Positions 1 through 8,816 of a stretch of DNA of 62,782 bases are shown here, piece after piece (the first letter of the stretch is position 1; each line of letters opens with the position of its first letter). The position numbers were made by a program, and so were the translations under genes. The stretch is from Deltaproteobacteria bacterium. GTDB lineage: Bacteria; Bacillota; Desulfotomaculia; Desulfotomaculales; JAGUVT01. Location: positions 1 to 62,782 of the forward strand of contig JAGUVT010000016.1 of NCBI GenBank assembly GCA_020062745.1, read 5' to 3'. The notes under the pieces were generated by a model. That model was not told the DNA's origin. It did not search any database and saw nothing but the letters and a program-made list of their open reading frames with translations.

Positions 1-60
1 CACAAGTATCTAAAGTCAATACAAAACGGTGGCTATGCATTTTGACCATTTTCAAAAAGG

Positions 61-700
61 TTGTTTGAACGAATATCCTACAAAAAGTTGACACCGTCAA
101 TATCTCTTTGTTATTTCCGGAAATGGAAAAACCATGATATAATAAGCTTCAACTGGTTTACTGATGATGAACGTTATCAGCAGACCTTTCACCTCCGGGA
201 GGATGAAACATGGAGACTGCTCTGCGAAGATCTGGAAATTCACTTCCTGGAACTAGCAAAAGTAAAAAAACTAGACCGGCAGCCGAAAGACGCGCTGGAA
301 GCCTGGCTGATGTATTTAAACAATCTGGAAGGAAAAGAAATGGAGGCGATCGCGATGTAAAAACCCGGCCATTCAAAAGGCCTTGACCATCGAGGAAGCT
401 TTCTGGCGCAGCGAGCGGGAGCGCAGGCTCTACGAACTGCGGGAGAAGGCGTTGCGTGATGAATTGGTAATGATGGCAGGGGCCAGGGCGGAAGGGAGAA
501 CCGAGGGGAGAACCGAAATGGCTCAAGAAGCCATCTGCAAGCACTTTGAAGCGAGGTTCGGAGAATCTTCCCTGGATTTACAGAAAGAAGTTAAGCAACT
601 CACCAATCCGGAAGTTCTGGCTGAAATCACGAATAAGATTTACACAGCCGCCTCACTGGACGACGCCCGGGTCATCATTGAGGAGGCGCCGGACGATTAG
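61..700 (+). pseudogene. Rpn/YhgA-like (PD-(D/E)XK transposase_31 family) recombination-promoting nuclease remnant; C-terminal half only, split over two frames
   Basis: ORFs 61-360 and 383-700 show family-typical C-terminal motifs (IHFLELAKVKK, LEAWLMYL, EGRTEGRTE). An in-frame stop at 43-45 means no nuclease domain lies upstream. The frame changes between 360 and 383. Confidence 0.6.
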
Positions 701-803
701 CTTGTTCTCATGAGCACTCATACCCCTTGTTAGCATCACGACAAGGGGCGACTTCTTTTGCGGCGGAAACTTGCCCCATGGCGCCACCTGCTGTTATGGT
801 TGC
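586..803 (+). repeat. Copy 1 of a ~218-bp direct repeat (3' end of the Rpn-like gene plus its terminator hairpin); partner at 6079-6296
   Basis: Aligned by eye with 6079-6296 at roughly 85-90 percent identity, including the hairpin CCCCTTGT-N10-ACAAGGGG. Confidence 0.85.
723..748 (+). terminator. Hairpin CCCCTTGT/ACAAGGGG downstream of the Rpn-like remnant
   Basis: 8-bp GC-rich stem with a 10-nt loop, followed by CGACTTCTTTTG; duplicated at 6226-6251. Confidence 0.45.
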
Positions 804-979
804 CCCGAAAGGCTAATAACAAAGTCATTATTTCTTTGGAGTTTGGATTTTCCTCACGAGCAGGAGTTTTTCGGTAGATTGCGCAGGATGAACTGATTAG
901 CGAGACAATCTCCGATGGAAGTTGCTTCGGCCAGCCAGCCCAAAGCAATGGATGTAAATCCAATACTCAGATCTAAACA

Positions 980-1006
980 CAAACAATAGAACCGTCCCCC
1001 TGTTTG
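980..1006 (+). repeat. 27-bp repeat CAAACAATAGAACCGTCCCCCTGTTTG; direct partner at 8170-8196
   Basis: 25/27 identity with 8170-8196, same orientation. Confidence 0.8.
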
Positions 1007-1047
1007 TTCTAAAAAAAATATATGAGGTTCTGAGCAACGGCAGGGGA

Positions 1048-1836
1048 TTACCCTTCACCGGCGGCCCGTTCTGCCGTCAGGTACAGAGCCAGCAACTGGC
1101 CGCGCCGCTTGATCCCGAGCTTGGCGAAGATATTTTGCAGGTGCATTCTGACGGTATTTACCGAGATTTTTAAACTCTCCGCGATTTCCCGGTTCGCTAA
1201 CCCGGTCAAAACCATTTGCACGACATCGAGTTCGCGAGGGGTGAGGGATTCAAAAGAAAACCCCGGAACGTTGAGGGCAGGCCGTTCCCGGGAACTCCAA
1301 AACCGGCCGTGTGCTGCTTCCGCCAGGGCGTGGCGCCACTGCAGCCAGTTCAGCAGGTGGGGGTAAAGGATTTGCAGCGCCTGAACGTCCTCCGGACGGA
1401 AGTTGCCGGTTGATTTATCCCGGTAAAGGCAGAGCATGGCAAAGCCGGTCCGCCCTTTTTTTATGTTCAAACCCAGCAGGTAATGGGTGTGATAGGTTTG
1501 GAGAAAATCATTATAATATTCGCTTCGCCGCGTCCATTCCCCGTACTTAAGCAGATCCGTACTGCGGGCAACTAATAAACCACTGTCCCGGTGGGCCTGA
1601 AGAACCTCATCCAGATGAATATAGTAATTCAGGTAAGGTTTAATTGATTCAGCCGGAGTATCCAACCGGGCGAACTTTTCTTGAGGAAGACCGGTTAAAG
1701 GATCAATTAGCCCGAAGTTCGCCCCGTCAAACCAGATCAGGCGGCGAAGCTCCTGGAGAACTATCCGGCGCATTTCGTCAATATCTTGAGTGGCGCCGAT
1801 GACGGCGACAAGATCGAGGATTTTTTTGAACTGCAC
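1048..1836 (-). CDS. LuxR-family transcriptional regulator (C-terminal HTH, N-terminal sensory domain of unclear type)
   Basis: C-terminus LTPRELDVVQMVLTGLANREIAESLKISVNTVRMHLQNIFAKLGI is a canonical LuxR/GerE HTH. Confidence 0.85.
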   Translation of the reverse strand: MQFKKILDLVAVIGATQDIDEMRRIVLQELRRLIWFDGANFGLIDPLTGLPQEKFARLDTPAESIKPYLNYYIHLDEVLQAHRDSGLLVARSTDLLKYGEWTRRSEYYNDFLQTYHTHYLLGLNIKKGRTGFAMLCLYRDKSTGNFRPEDVQALQILYPHLLNWLQWRHALAEAAHGRFWSSRERPALNVPGFSFESLTPRELDVVQMVLTGLANREIAESLKISVNTVRMHLQNIFAKLGIKRRGQLLALYLTAERAAGEG

Positions 1837-2158
1837 GTAAAACCACTTCCCATGAATATTGAGCTTCCCTGCAGCTCAATTATAATACAAAAAAACTATT
1901 TTCTAATACTTTTGGATGTATACTGGAAGATTTATTTTTAGTAAAATTACATTGCCTTCCTAACAAAAGGAAGGGGTTGATGATCGGATTTTCGGACGGT
2001 TGGACTCTGTGTTCAAGTACTGGGGTGATCCTGCAAAATGACATGAACAAGGCTTTTGTGAATTGGGAAAGCATTCATTATTCCTGGTTACAGCTTCGGA
2101 CTAACCTTAAAACCGGTCCATCCAAGCGAACTTTGCACTTTTTTTGGAGGAGGGTAAT

Positions 2159-2707
2159 ATGCGTACAAAACGGTGTCTGGCGCTTTTGACTTTTTGTGTG
2201 CTTCTGTTTGTCGCAGGCTGCGGGGGATCCGGCAAGACCGTCGCGCCGCAGGGGGATGCCGGGGGAGCAAAGAAGACGGCCAAGGGACTTGTTGACCCAT
2301 GCGCGCTGCTGACCAAAGCCGAGGCTGAGGCCGCCCTGGGGGAGCAGGTTAAGGAGCCTGAGTTTACGGATACCAAGAATCCGCTGGGGCAGAAGCTATG
2401 CTTGTATTCACCCGTTTCGGAGAAAGCAAAGAGGTTCATCCAGTTATCTGTGGTGCAAAACGAGGGCATGGGGAAGAGCCTGCGTGACCAGGGGTACAAC
2501 GTAGAGCAGCTTTATGAGGAAACAAAGAATAACCTTACGGATGCGAAGCCCGTATCCGGCATAGGGGACGGGGCGTTCTGGGGTACCAACGGCCTCCATG
2601 TCTTAAAGGGGAACTTTTACCTCAACATCAGCGTAGGCAACACCAGCATTCCGCAAAACCTGGAACTGGCAAAGGGTCTTGCGGAGAAAGTCGTACCCCG
2701 GCTATAG
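2159..2707 (+). CDS. Hypothetical lipoprotein
   Basis: GGAGGAGGG RBS then ATG at 2159. Signal peptide with lipobox LLFVAGC. No recognisable catalytic motif. Confidence 0.7.
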   Translation: MRTKRCLALLTFCVLLFVAGCGGSGKTVAPQGDAGGAKKTAKGLVDPCALLTKAEAEAALGEQVKEPEFTDTKNPLGQKLCLYSPVSEKAKRFIQLSVVQNEGMGKSLRDQGYNVEQLYEETKNNLTDAKPVSGIGDGAFWGTNGLHVLKGNFYLNISVGNTSIPQNLELAKGLAEKVVPRL

Positions 2708-2804
2708 CATTGAAGCGGGTCGTTTGCCTCGCAGGCCGCTCTCCTTGATAGAAGGCAAGGATAGAATACCTTAAAAATCATAAAAGTAAAAGGAAGGTGA
2801 AAAG

Positions 2805-5055
2805 ATGAAATCGCGAAACAAAAGGACTTGTTTATTGATCCTGGCGATGCTGTTGCTTTCTTTGATCCCCGTTCCGGCGGGGGCGATTAACCCGCAGCCC
2901 GAGCCGCCGGGAGTGCCTGGCGCGATCAGTGTGTTTGTTGACGGGTCCCCCCTGACGATGGATGTGGCGCCGCTTATCGAACAGGGCCGCACGCTGGTTC
3001 CCCTGCGGGCGATCTTCGAGGCGCTGGGCGCCACGGTGGATTGGAACGAGGCAACCCGTACCGTGACCGGCAAAAAGGGCGCCACGACGATTAAGCTGGT
3101 TGTGGGGCTAGAAAGCGCCTACGTTAACGATAAACCCGTAACCCTTGATGTTCCCGGGAGGATAATCAATGGCCGGACGTTGGTCCCTTTGCGCTTCGTC
3201 AGTGAGTCGCTGGGTGCAGGTGTTGCCTGGGATGGGGCTGCCCGGAGGGTAACCATCTCTACCGCCGGAAGCCCCGTCGTTCCCGGGGTGACACAGGAGA
3301 CACCCGGGCTGCCGGGTTTTTCGAACGGGACGCAACCACCTCTTGCATCCGGCGATCTTGCCCGGCTGCTGCCGGCGTACTTAAAGCTTTCCGCCAACGA
3401 CAAAAGATTTGACGCCGCCTTTATCTACCAGGATAAGCTGCTGGCCAAGCCGCTGGACAAGAGCCTGATCCTGTCCTCGCTCCCCCAAAAACTGGATTAC
3501 TCCCCGTATCTTACCCTGACCGGAAACCAGGACGGCTGGGGCGGGTGCATAGGCCGCTCCATTGTGCATACCATCGACATCTTGAAGGAGATGGAGCATC
3601 CCTACTCCCCGGATTTCTCTTTCTGGTACCTCCATGCCCGCCAGGCTCAGTTGCTGGAAAGCGGGGCGCCGGACAGTATTGTTTCCAAGACCCTCCTGGA
3701 GAACCACGGCCTTTCCTCCGAAGTAACCATGCCCACGGATTATGACCCGGCCGAGTTGATTTACGATGGTCAAGGCAACCCGGTGAAATGGGATTATAGC
3801 GCCATGCCTCAGCCCACTGCGGCCGTCAATACCGAGGCGGGCCTCTACCGGGTGAAGCTCTTCAGCGACCCCGTCACCCCGGCCGTGGACGGGGTGAAGA
3901 GCCTGCTTTGCCGCTACGGTCCCGTAATCGCCGGCGGGCCCCTGCCGCTGCTCCTGGGGCCGAACCCGCCGGGAAGGCCACTGCATTACCATTGTGGGCT
4001 TTGACGACAGCCTGGATGTTTTCAAATGCCTGAACAGCTGGGGGGATACCTGGGGGCCGAATGGGAACGGTTTCTTTAATATGCCGTACAACCAACTGAC
4101 TGAGAACTTTGACTGGGTCAGGTACTTCGAGAACTGCCCCTCCGACCGTTCCGCCACCGGTCACGCTTACACCGCCCGGATCCGGATCCGCCACCAGAAC
4201 GAGCGTAACGACCTCACCGTAAAAATCGGGGTGGATGGCAAGGAGCCGCTGGTAGTGTGGAACCGGCCCAACGACGAACCCAAACCGCATCCTTACGACA
4301 ACAGCAAGGAACTCTTCATTGATGTGCCGCTGCCGGCCTATGCCCCGTCCAACTGGCCTCCGGGTTATTACCACCGGTGGTACGTAGAGGTTACGGATGG
4401 CGTAAAAGACAACCTGACCGCTCAAATCAAGGAAATCACCCTGGCCAGGCTTTACCACAACCCCGGCAACCTTACCGTGGGCAAATTTCAAACGGAGACT
4501 TATGTTCCCGAACAAACGAATATCACGGTTCCCGACGGCGGAAGCGTAAAGGTACACATTCCCGGCGCCAACCCTGCGAAGCCGCCGCTCGCGCCGCAAA
4601 TTCATTCTTCCTACACGCTGACCATCGAGCCGGGCCAAACTTCCGTGCTGCCGGGCAATCCAGTAACCCTGCAGGGGAAGCTTACCGTCAGCGCCATTGC
4701 TGGTCAAAGTTCCCCGGCCGCGGGGAGGGAAATCCGCATTTACAAATATATCGGGGACCCCTGCGTGAATAAACCCGGCCAATGGGCCATGGTCATTATG
4801 GCTACCCCGGTGAACGCTCCGCCGGATGCGGGAAAAATTTTTACCGGCTCCGACGGGACCTATACTGCAAGCCTTACACCTTCCGCCGGAAGGCACATCT
4901 ATGCGGCCGCCCTGGTTGACCAGAACGGCAAGGTGCTGGCTTCCAGCGGGGAAGCAGTAGTGAACGCAGGCCTGTCGCAATTGAAATTGCCGCAGGTTGA
5001 ATTATATCAACAATTCCCCGAAACAATTCCGGGGCCTGGTCCAATCATGGAATAA
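2805..5055 (+). pseudogene. Secreted stalk-domain (copper amine oxidase N-terminal-like) plus papain-like C1 cysteine peptidase plus C-terminal beta-sandwich domains, interrupted by one frameshift
   Basis: ORF 2805-4004 has a signal peptide, stalk repeats (GRTLVPLR x2) and the catalytic Cys context NQDGWGGCIGRS. The catalytic His context EGHCITIVGFDD...NSWGDTWG continues in the frame of ORF 3994-5055. The frame switches around 3965-3975. Confidence 0.75.
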
Positions 5056-5248
5056 CCTGACTTTAAGGATCTTGAACATGGGCAACCGTTAACACGATTA
5101 CGGTAATTTGCCGAAAAGTTTACTATAAGGAGTATGTACAGGTAAGAATAACAAGCTGGCGTCCGGCATGGACGTTATCTACAGGGTGAAAATTTTTATC
5201 GAAAAGCGGACGGAAAGCTAAAATTTAAAATCGAGATCATATGGAGGA

Positions 5249-6013
5249 ATGAAAATGCTAAAGAACTTGAAGAATTTAAAGATGTTCATGGCCGGGTTTC
5301 TAGCCTGTTTGATGCTAACGGGTCTTTTATCAGCCGCTTTTGCTGCCGAAGATCTGAGCGTCCAGGCAATTTTGAGCAATGCCATCAAGCTGAAATTGAA
5401 CGGAAAGGACTGGACGCCGCAGGACCCCGCGACGGGGGACTATTACCGGCCTATTGTTTACAACAGCAGAGCGTACCTGCCCGTGCGGGCGGTGGTCGAG
5501 GCAGCGGGGATACCGGTGGATTACGACAGCGCTACCAAAACGATCTGGATCGGCGGTAAGAATGATGTGCTGCAAGTAAACGATACAATTTACTATAAAG
5601 ACGATTACGGTACCATCATCACCACCGACGAAGCCACGCTCACTTCCCCGGATAGAGCTTACAAATGGGGGGTAACCAACGACAAGGACCTGAGCATGCA
5701 GTACTTCAACTTTTACTTAAAGCCGAACGGGAAATACCAGCAGTTCCGCGCTTCTTTCTTCCTGGACAGCAGCGCCAAAGACGCTTTAACCGTAAACATC
5801 AGAAAAGAAAGCCGCGATGGTGAGGTGCTCAAGTCTATTGTCCTGCAGCCGGGTGAAACGCTTTCCGATGTGGATGTGGGCATCGGCGGCATAAACCAGA
5901 TCTACATTGAGGCAAACTTCCGGATCAACCACGGGACGATCAAAAAGTTGATCGTCGGCGAGCCTGTTTTTTACAACGGCGCCCTGCCCGCGAAAACACC
6001 GGTCCGGAGTTAG
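5249..6013 (+). CDS. Secreted stalk-domain protein with a C-terminal NPCBM-like beta-sandwich
   Basis: Signal peptide FLACLMLTGLLSAAFA. Stalk motif RAYLPVRAVVEAAGIPVDYD. The C-terminal pattern resembles carbohydrate-binding NPCBM modules (weak). Confidence 0.65.
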   Translation: MKMLKNLKNLKMFMAGFLACLMLTGLLSAAFAAEDLSVQAILSNAIKLKLNGKDWTPQDPATGDYYRPIVYNSRAYLPVRAVVEAAGIPVDYDSATKTIWIGGKNDVLQVNDTIYYKDDYGTIITTDEATLTSPDRAYKWGVTNDKDLSMQYFNFYLKPNGKYQQFRASFFLDSSAKDALTVNIRKESRDGEVLKSIVLQPGETLSDVDVGIGGINQIYIEANFRINHGTIKKLIVGEPVFYNGALPAKTPVRS

Positions 6014-6078
6014 CCGGGAAACTTCCCTTACAAACCAATTTTCAACCCGCAGGCACGGGCATCACCCAGAAATGGTAG

Positions 6079-6296
6079 AGAAGTTAAGCAACTTACCAAT
6101 CCGGAAGTTCTGGCTGAAATAATAAATAATATCTGCACAGCCGCCTCACTGGACGACGCCCGGGCCATCATTGAGGAGACATCGGACGATTAGCTTGTTT
6201 TCGTGAGAACTCACGCCCCTTGTTAGCATCACGACAAGGGGCGATTTCTTTTGTGGCGGAAACTCACCCCATGGCGCCACCTGCTGTCGTGGTTGC
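6079..6296 (+). repeat. Copy 2 of the ~218-bp repeat; retains only the last ~37 codons of an Rpn-like gene (EVKQLTNPEVLAEIINNICTAASLDDARAIIEETSDD*) plus the hairpin
   Basis: Aligned by eye to 586-803. Confidence 0.85.
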
Positions 6297-6460
6297 TACG
6301 AAGCTGGCAGTCGAAAAATTTGAAAAAGGGAACCCGGGGCCGTTTAAATTCGTCTACAATAACATGAAGACATGTCTTCGTCCGATTTAATCAAGAAAAT
6401 AGCCCTTCATATATTTTCATTTTCTGCATTTTCTACCCGGAACCCTGCACATGCATCCTG

Positions 6461-7441
6461 CTATTCTTGCCCGGCAACTGCTCCTAAAACAGCCGCGGAA
6501 ACCGCCGGGTTATCCTGCAATTTCAAAAGATCGGCCGGCTTGCCGCAAACTACCAGGCCGTAATAAAGAATGCCGTTCTGCTGCAAATAATCTGCGGTGC
6601 GTTTAAGCGTCCGGGAATAATGGCTGGGAATTTTGCTTAAACCCCGTAGTTGTTCGGGAAATTTCTCTTCGGTATACTGCCGCGGGTCTCCATCCCAAAG
6701 ACCTCCGCGGGGAAGGCCCACCAGCCCGTGGGAGCGGACAGGCGCCTTTGCAATTTCCTCTTCGCTGTAGGCGGAGATGGCGCCCCAGAACGGCTCCACC
6801 CCGGGAGGCAGCAGGGCCTCCATTTCCTCCCTGGTAAGCAGGCGGTTGAAGGACAGGGCCATTTCCACCGTGTTTTTAGCGGGTATCCCGGTCAGTTGGT
6901 CGAACTGGCGGGGGATTTGTTCGTGAGGTACCGACGGGTGGTAAAATTTTAACCGCGGTACCACGCCGGGGAGCAGGTATTCCCGGTCCTCCTCACTGGG
7001 TCCGGCTTGGTTCCCCACCCTGATAAAGGTATGGTCCGGATCCCAGGATATTTCCCCGCCCCAAATCTGGTAGTCCACCACGGAGGTACCAACGTAAACG
7101 GGGCGGTTGCCGACCATCCGGACCAGGATATATTCCTGTTGCTGCCCCAGCCAGCCTACATCATGCCAGGGGCCGCGGACGGCAATGGTGTTCGGGGAGC
7201 TATAGCGGATCAGGTATGGGTAAAAACTATCGATCCGGTTTTGCTGAGCATTGAGAATGAGTCTGGTGGATATGACAAGGAATGCAAAACCGGCTACCAG
7301 CACCCCCAGGGCAATCAGGACAGTGCGCAGACTGCTGCGCCAGCGTACCTGGCGCAGAAATCGCTCCTCATCTAAAAATACCTGTTCTTTTTCGCTTGCG
7401 ATTGGCTCTTCCAAAATTTCCCGCCCTTTTTCACTCATCAT
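6461..7441 (-). CDS. Anti-sigma factor (single-pass membrane protein with an extracytoplasmic domain)
   Basis: Start overlaps the stop of the upstream ECF sigma (GGGAGGGTTGATGATGA). TM segment LRTVLIALGVLVAGFAFLVIS. Position is typical of a sigma/anti-sigma pair. Confidence 0.7.
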   Translation of the reverse strand: MMSEKGREILEEPIASEKEQVFLDEERFLRQVRWRSSLRTVLIALGVLVAGFAFLVISTRLILNAQQNRIDSFYPYLIRYSSPNTIAVRGPWHDVGWLGQQQEYILVRMVGNRPVYVGTSVVDYQIWGGEISWDPDHTFIRVGNQAGPSEEDREYLLPGVVPRLKFYHPSVPHEQIPRQFDQLTGIPAKNTVEMALSFNRLLTREEMEALLPPGVEPFWGAISAYSEEEIAKAPVRSHGLVGLPRGGLWDGDPRQYTEEKFPEQLRGLSKIPSHYSRTLKRTADYLQQNGILYYGLVVCGKPADLLKLQDNPAVSAAVLGAVAGQE

Positions 7442-7920
7442 CAACCCTCCCAAAGTTTTGTGTATGCCACTTTAAATTTTTGCCTGGCCCTGAAGAGCTT
7501 CACCTTTACGGCGCCGGGATCTGTCTTCAGCGCTGCGCTAATTTCTTCCGTGGTCAGGCCGAGGTTATACTTAAGCGTCAGCAGGACCCGCTCAGGTGGA
7601 TCCAGGCGGTTCAGCGCGGCAGCCACCGCCTCTTTCGCCTCCCCGGCGAGCACGGCTTCCTCCGGCCCCACCGCTCCGTCTGCCAGTTCTTCCGCGGCGA
7701 AGTCAACCAGCATTACTCCTTTTTTCGTCCGGCGCAGCCAGTCAATATATTTGTGACGGGCCACGGTGAAAAGCCAGGCCTTTAATTTTCCCGGCCGCAC
7801 CCCGTCCAGATGGAGATAGACTGCTATCAACGCCTCCTGGGCCAGATCCTCGGCGTCTTCCCGGGCCAGCCCCAGACCGCTGAAGTAGCGGTAAATCAAC
7901 CGGTGTAACTCTTGCCACAA
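7441..7920 (-). CDS. ECF-type RNA polymerase sigma-70 family factor
   Basis: Region 2 (DAEDLAQEALIAVY, WLFTVARHKYIDWLRR) and region 4 (LKYNLGLTTEEISAAL) motifs. Confidence 0.9.
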   Translation of the reverse strand: MWQELHRLIYRYFSGLGLAREDAEDLAQEALIAVYLHLDGVRPGKLKAWLFTVARHKYIDWLRRTKKGVMLVDFAAEELADGAVGPEEAVLAGEAKEAVAAALNRLDPPERVLLTLKYNLGLTTEEISAALKTDPGAVKVKLFRARQKFKVAYTKLWEG

Positions 7921-8041
7921 TTAGCGTCTCTCCTTAAGGAGCTTTTTGCCGGCCGGCATGACCCGGCGTGGTGCTCTTGAAGAAAGAATTACTTCTCATT
8001 CTATAAAGACGTTGGAAATCAAAAAAGGTTACAGAATAATT

Positions 8042-8140
8042 TTACAAAAAAAGATGAGGCATGACCACCTTGTCACACAATGCCTTCTCACGTAGTTCAT
8101 AGAGCATGCACTCCCGCTCGCTGCGCCAGGAAGCTTTCTC
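8042..8140 (-). pseudogene. Third Rpn-like gene fragment, inverted orientation (EKASWRSERECMLYELREKALCDKVVMPHLFL*)
   Basis: The reverse complement aligns by eye at ~80 percent with 392-480 (EEAFWRSERERRLYELREKALRDELVMMA). Confidence 0.7.
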
Positions 8141-8169
8141 ACTGCGGAGTTATTTTCGGATCCAAACGG

Positions 8170-8213
8170 CAAACAATGGAACCGTCCCCCTGTTTGCCCG
8201 TCCCCCTGTTTGC
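8170..8213 (+). repeat. Second copy of the 27-bp repeat, followed by a tandem duplication of CCGTCCCCCTGTTTGC
   Basis: CAAACAATGGAACCGTCCCCCTGTTTG then CCCGTCCCCCTGTTTGCCCGG. Confidence 0.8.
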
Positions 8214-8227
8214 CCGGCTAAAAATAC

Positions 8228-8256
8228 TTGCGTTTGGCTGAAATTAAATGTAAAAT
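8228..8256 (+). promoter_or_regulatory. Candidate sigma-A promoter for tRNA-Ser/SRP RNA (TTGCGT-17-TAAAAT)
   Basis: Hexamers and 17-nt spacing read directly; about 40 nt upstream of the tRNA 5' end. Confidence 0.4.
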
Positions 8257-8297
8257 AACTATTGCACAAAAACTTATAAATGATTTTAAAAGTCCAT

Positions 8298-8387
8298 GGA
8301 GAGATGGCCGAGTGGATGAAGGCGCACGCCTGGAGAGCGTGTGGACGGGAAACCGTCTCGTGGGTTCGAATCCCACTCTCTCCGCCA
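8298..8387 (+). tRNA. tRNA-Ser (anticodon GGA), encoded CCA end
   Basis: Manual cloverleaf. Acceptor GGAGAGA/TCTCTCC. Anticodon stem CACGC/GCGTG with loop CTGGAGA. Long variable arm GACGG-GAAA-CCGTC. T arm GTGGG-TTCGAAT-CCCAC. Discriminator G then CCA. Confidence 0.93.
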
Positions 8388-8397
8388 TTATAATTTT

Positions 8398-8666
8398 GGC
8401 CGTGCTAGGCGGGGAGGTAGCGGTGCCCTGTACCCGCAATCCGCTATAGCGGGGTTGAATTCTTGCCCGAGGGTTTGGCTTGTGGGGCCCGACCTGTGTA
8501 AGGGGTGTTGACGGTTGGGTCTTGTGCGACGGAGGTTCCTGAACCGTGTCAGGTCTTGACGGAAGCAGCACTAAGGGAAGCCCTCCGGGTGCCGCAAGGG
8601 TGCCTGACCTGAGCTACCTGTGCAGGTAACGCCCGGAAGTCATTATTCGACGGCAGGTGCACGGCC
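8398..8666 (+). ncRNA. ffs: Signal recognition particle RNA, long Bacillus-type (scRNA)
   Basis: The 5' GGCCGTGC pairs with the 3' GCACGGCC. An Alu-domain-like 5' part is present. The conserved domain IV motif GTCAGGTCTTGACGGAAGCAGCACTAAGG is present. Position directly upstream of dnaX matches Bacillus. Confidence 0.9.
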
Positions 8667-8698
8667 TATTAAGAATTTTAGCAGGTAAGACATAGAAG

Positions 8699-8732
8699 GT
8701 CGGATTGGGGAGAACCCCAGTCCGATGTTTTA
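8699..8732 (+). terminator. Hairpin terminator after SRP RNA
   Basis: GTCGGATTGGGG-AGAA-CCCCAGTCCGAT followed by GTTTTAT. Confidence 0.6.
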
Positions 8733-8816
8733 TATTCCGGTTTTTAAACCTGGAAAAGGAAACGGCTGCTAAAATGGCGAAGTAATTACCCTAAAGTACT
8801 GGTAGGGAAAGTGATT

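Noticed and set aside
3874-4980. Long minus-strand ORF (368 aa) antisense to the stalk-C1 peptidase gene
   Set aside because: The sequence is low-complexity and Arg/Gly/Pro-rich, with no motif or RBS, and it lies fully inside a well-supported plus-strand gene. This is a typical shadow ORF in GC-rich coding DNA. The same reasoning applies to 3381-4157 (minus).
8164-8400. Integrated prophage or genomic island using tRNA-Ser as its attachment site
   Set aside because: No integrase, recombinase or phage genes are present. The flanking 27-bp repeat does not overlap the tRNA 3' end. It is kept only as a low-confidence relic hypothesis in the findings.
8218-8571. 117-aa minus-strand ORF and 73-aa plus-strand ORF over 8228-8449
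   Set aside because: They overlap the tRNA-Ser and SRP RNA genes, whose structures are unambiguous.
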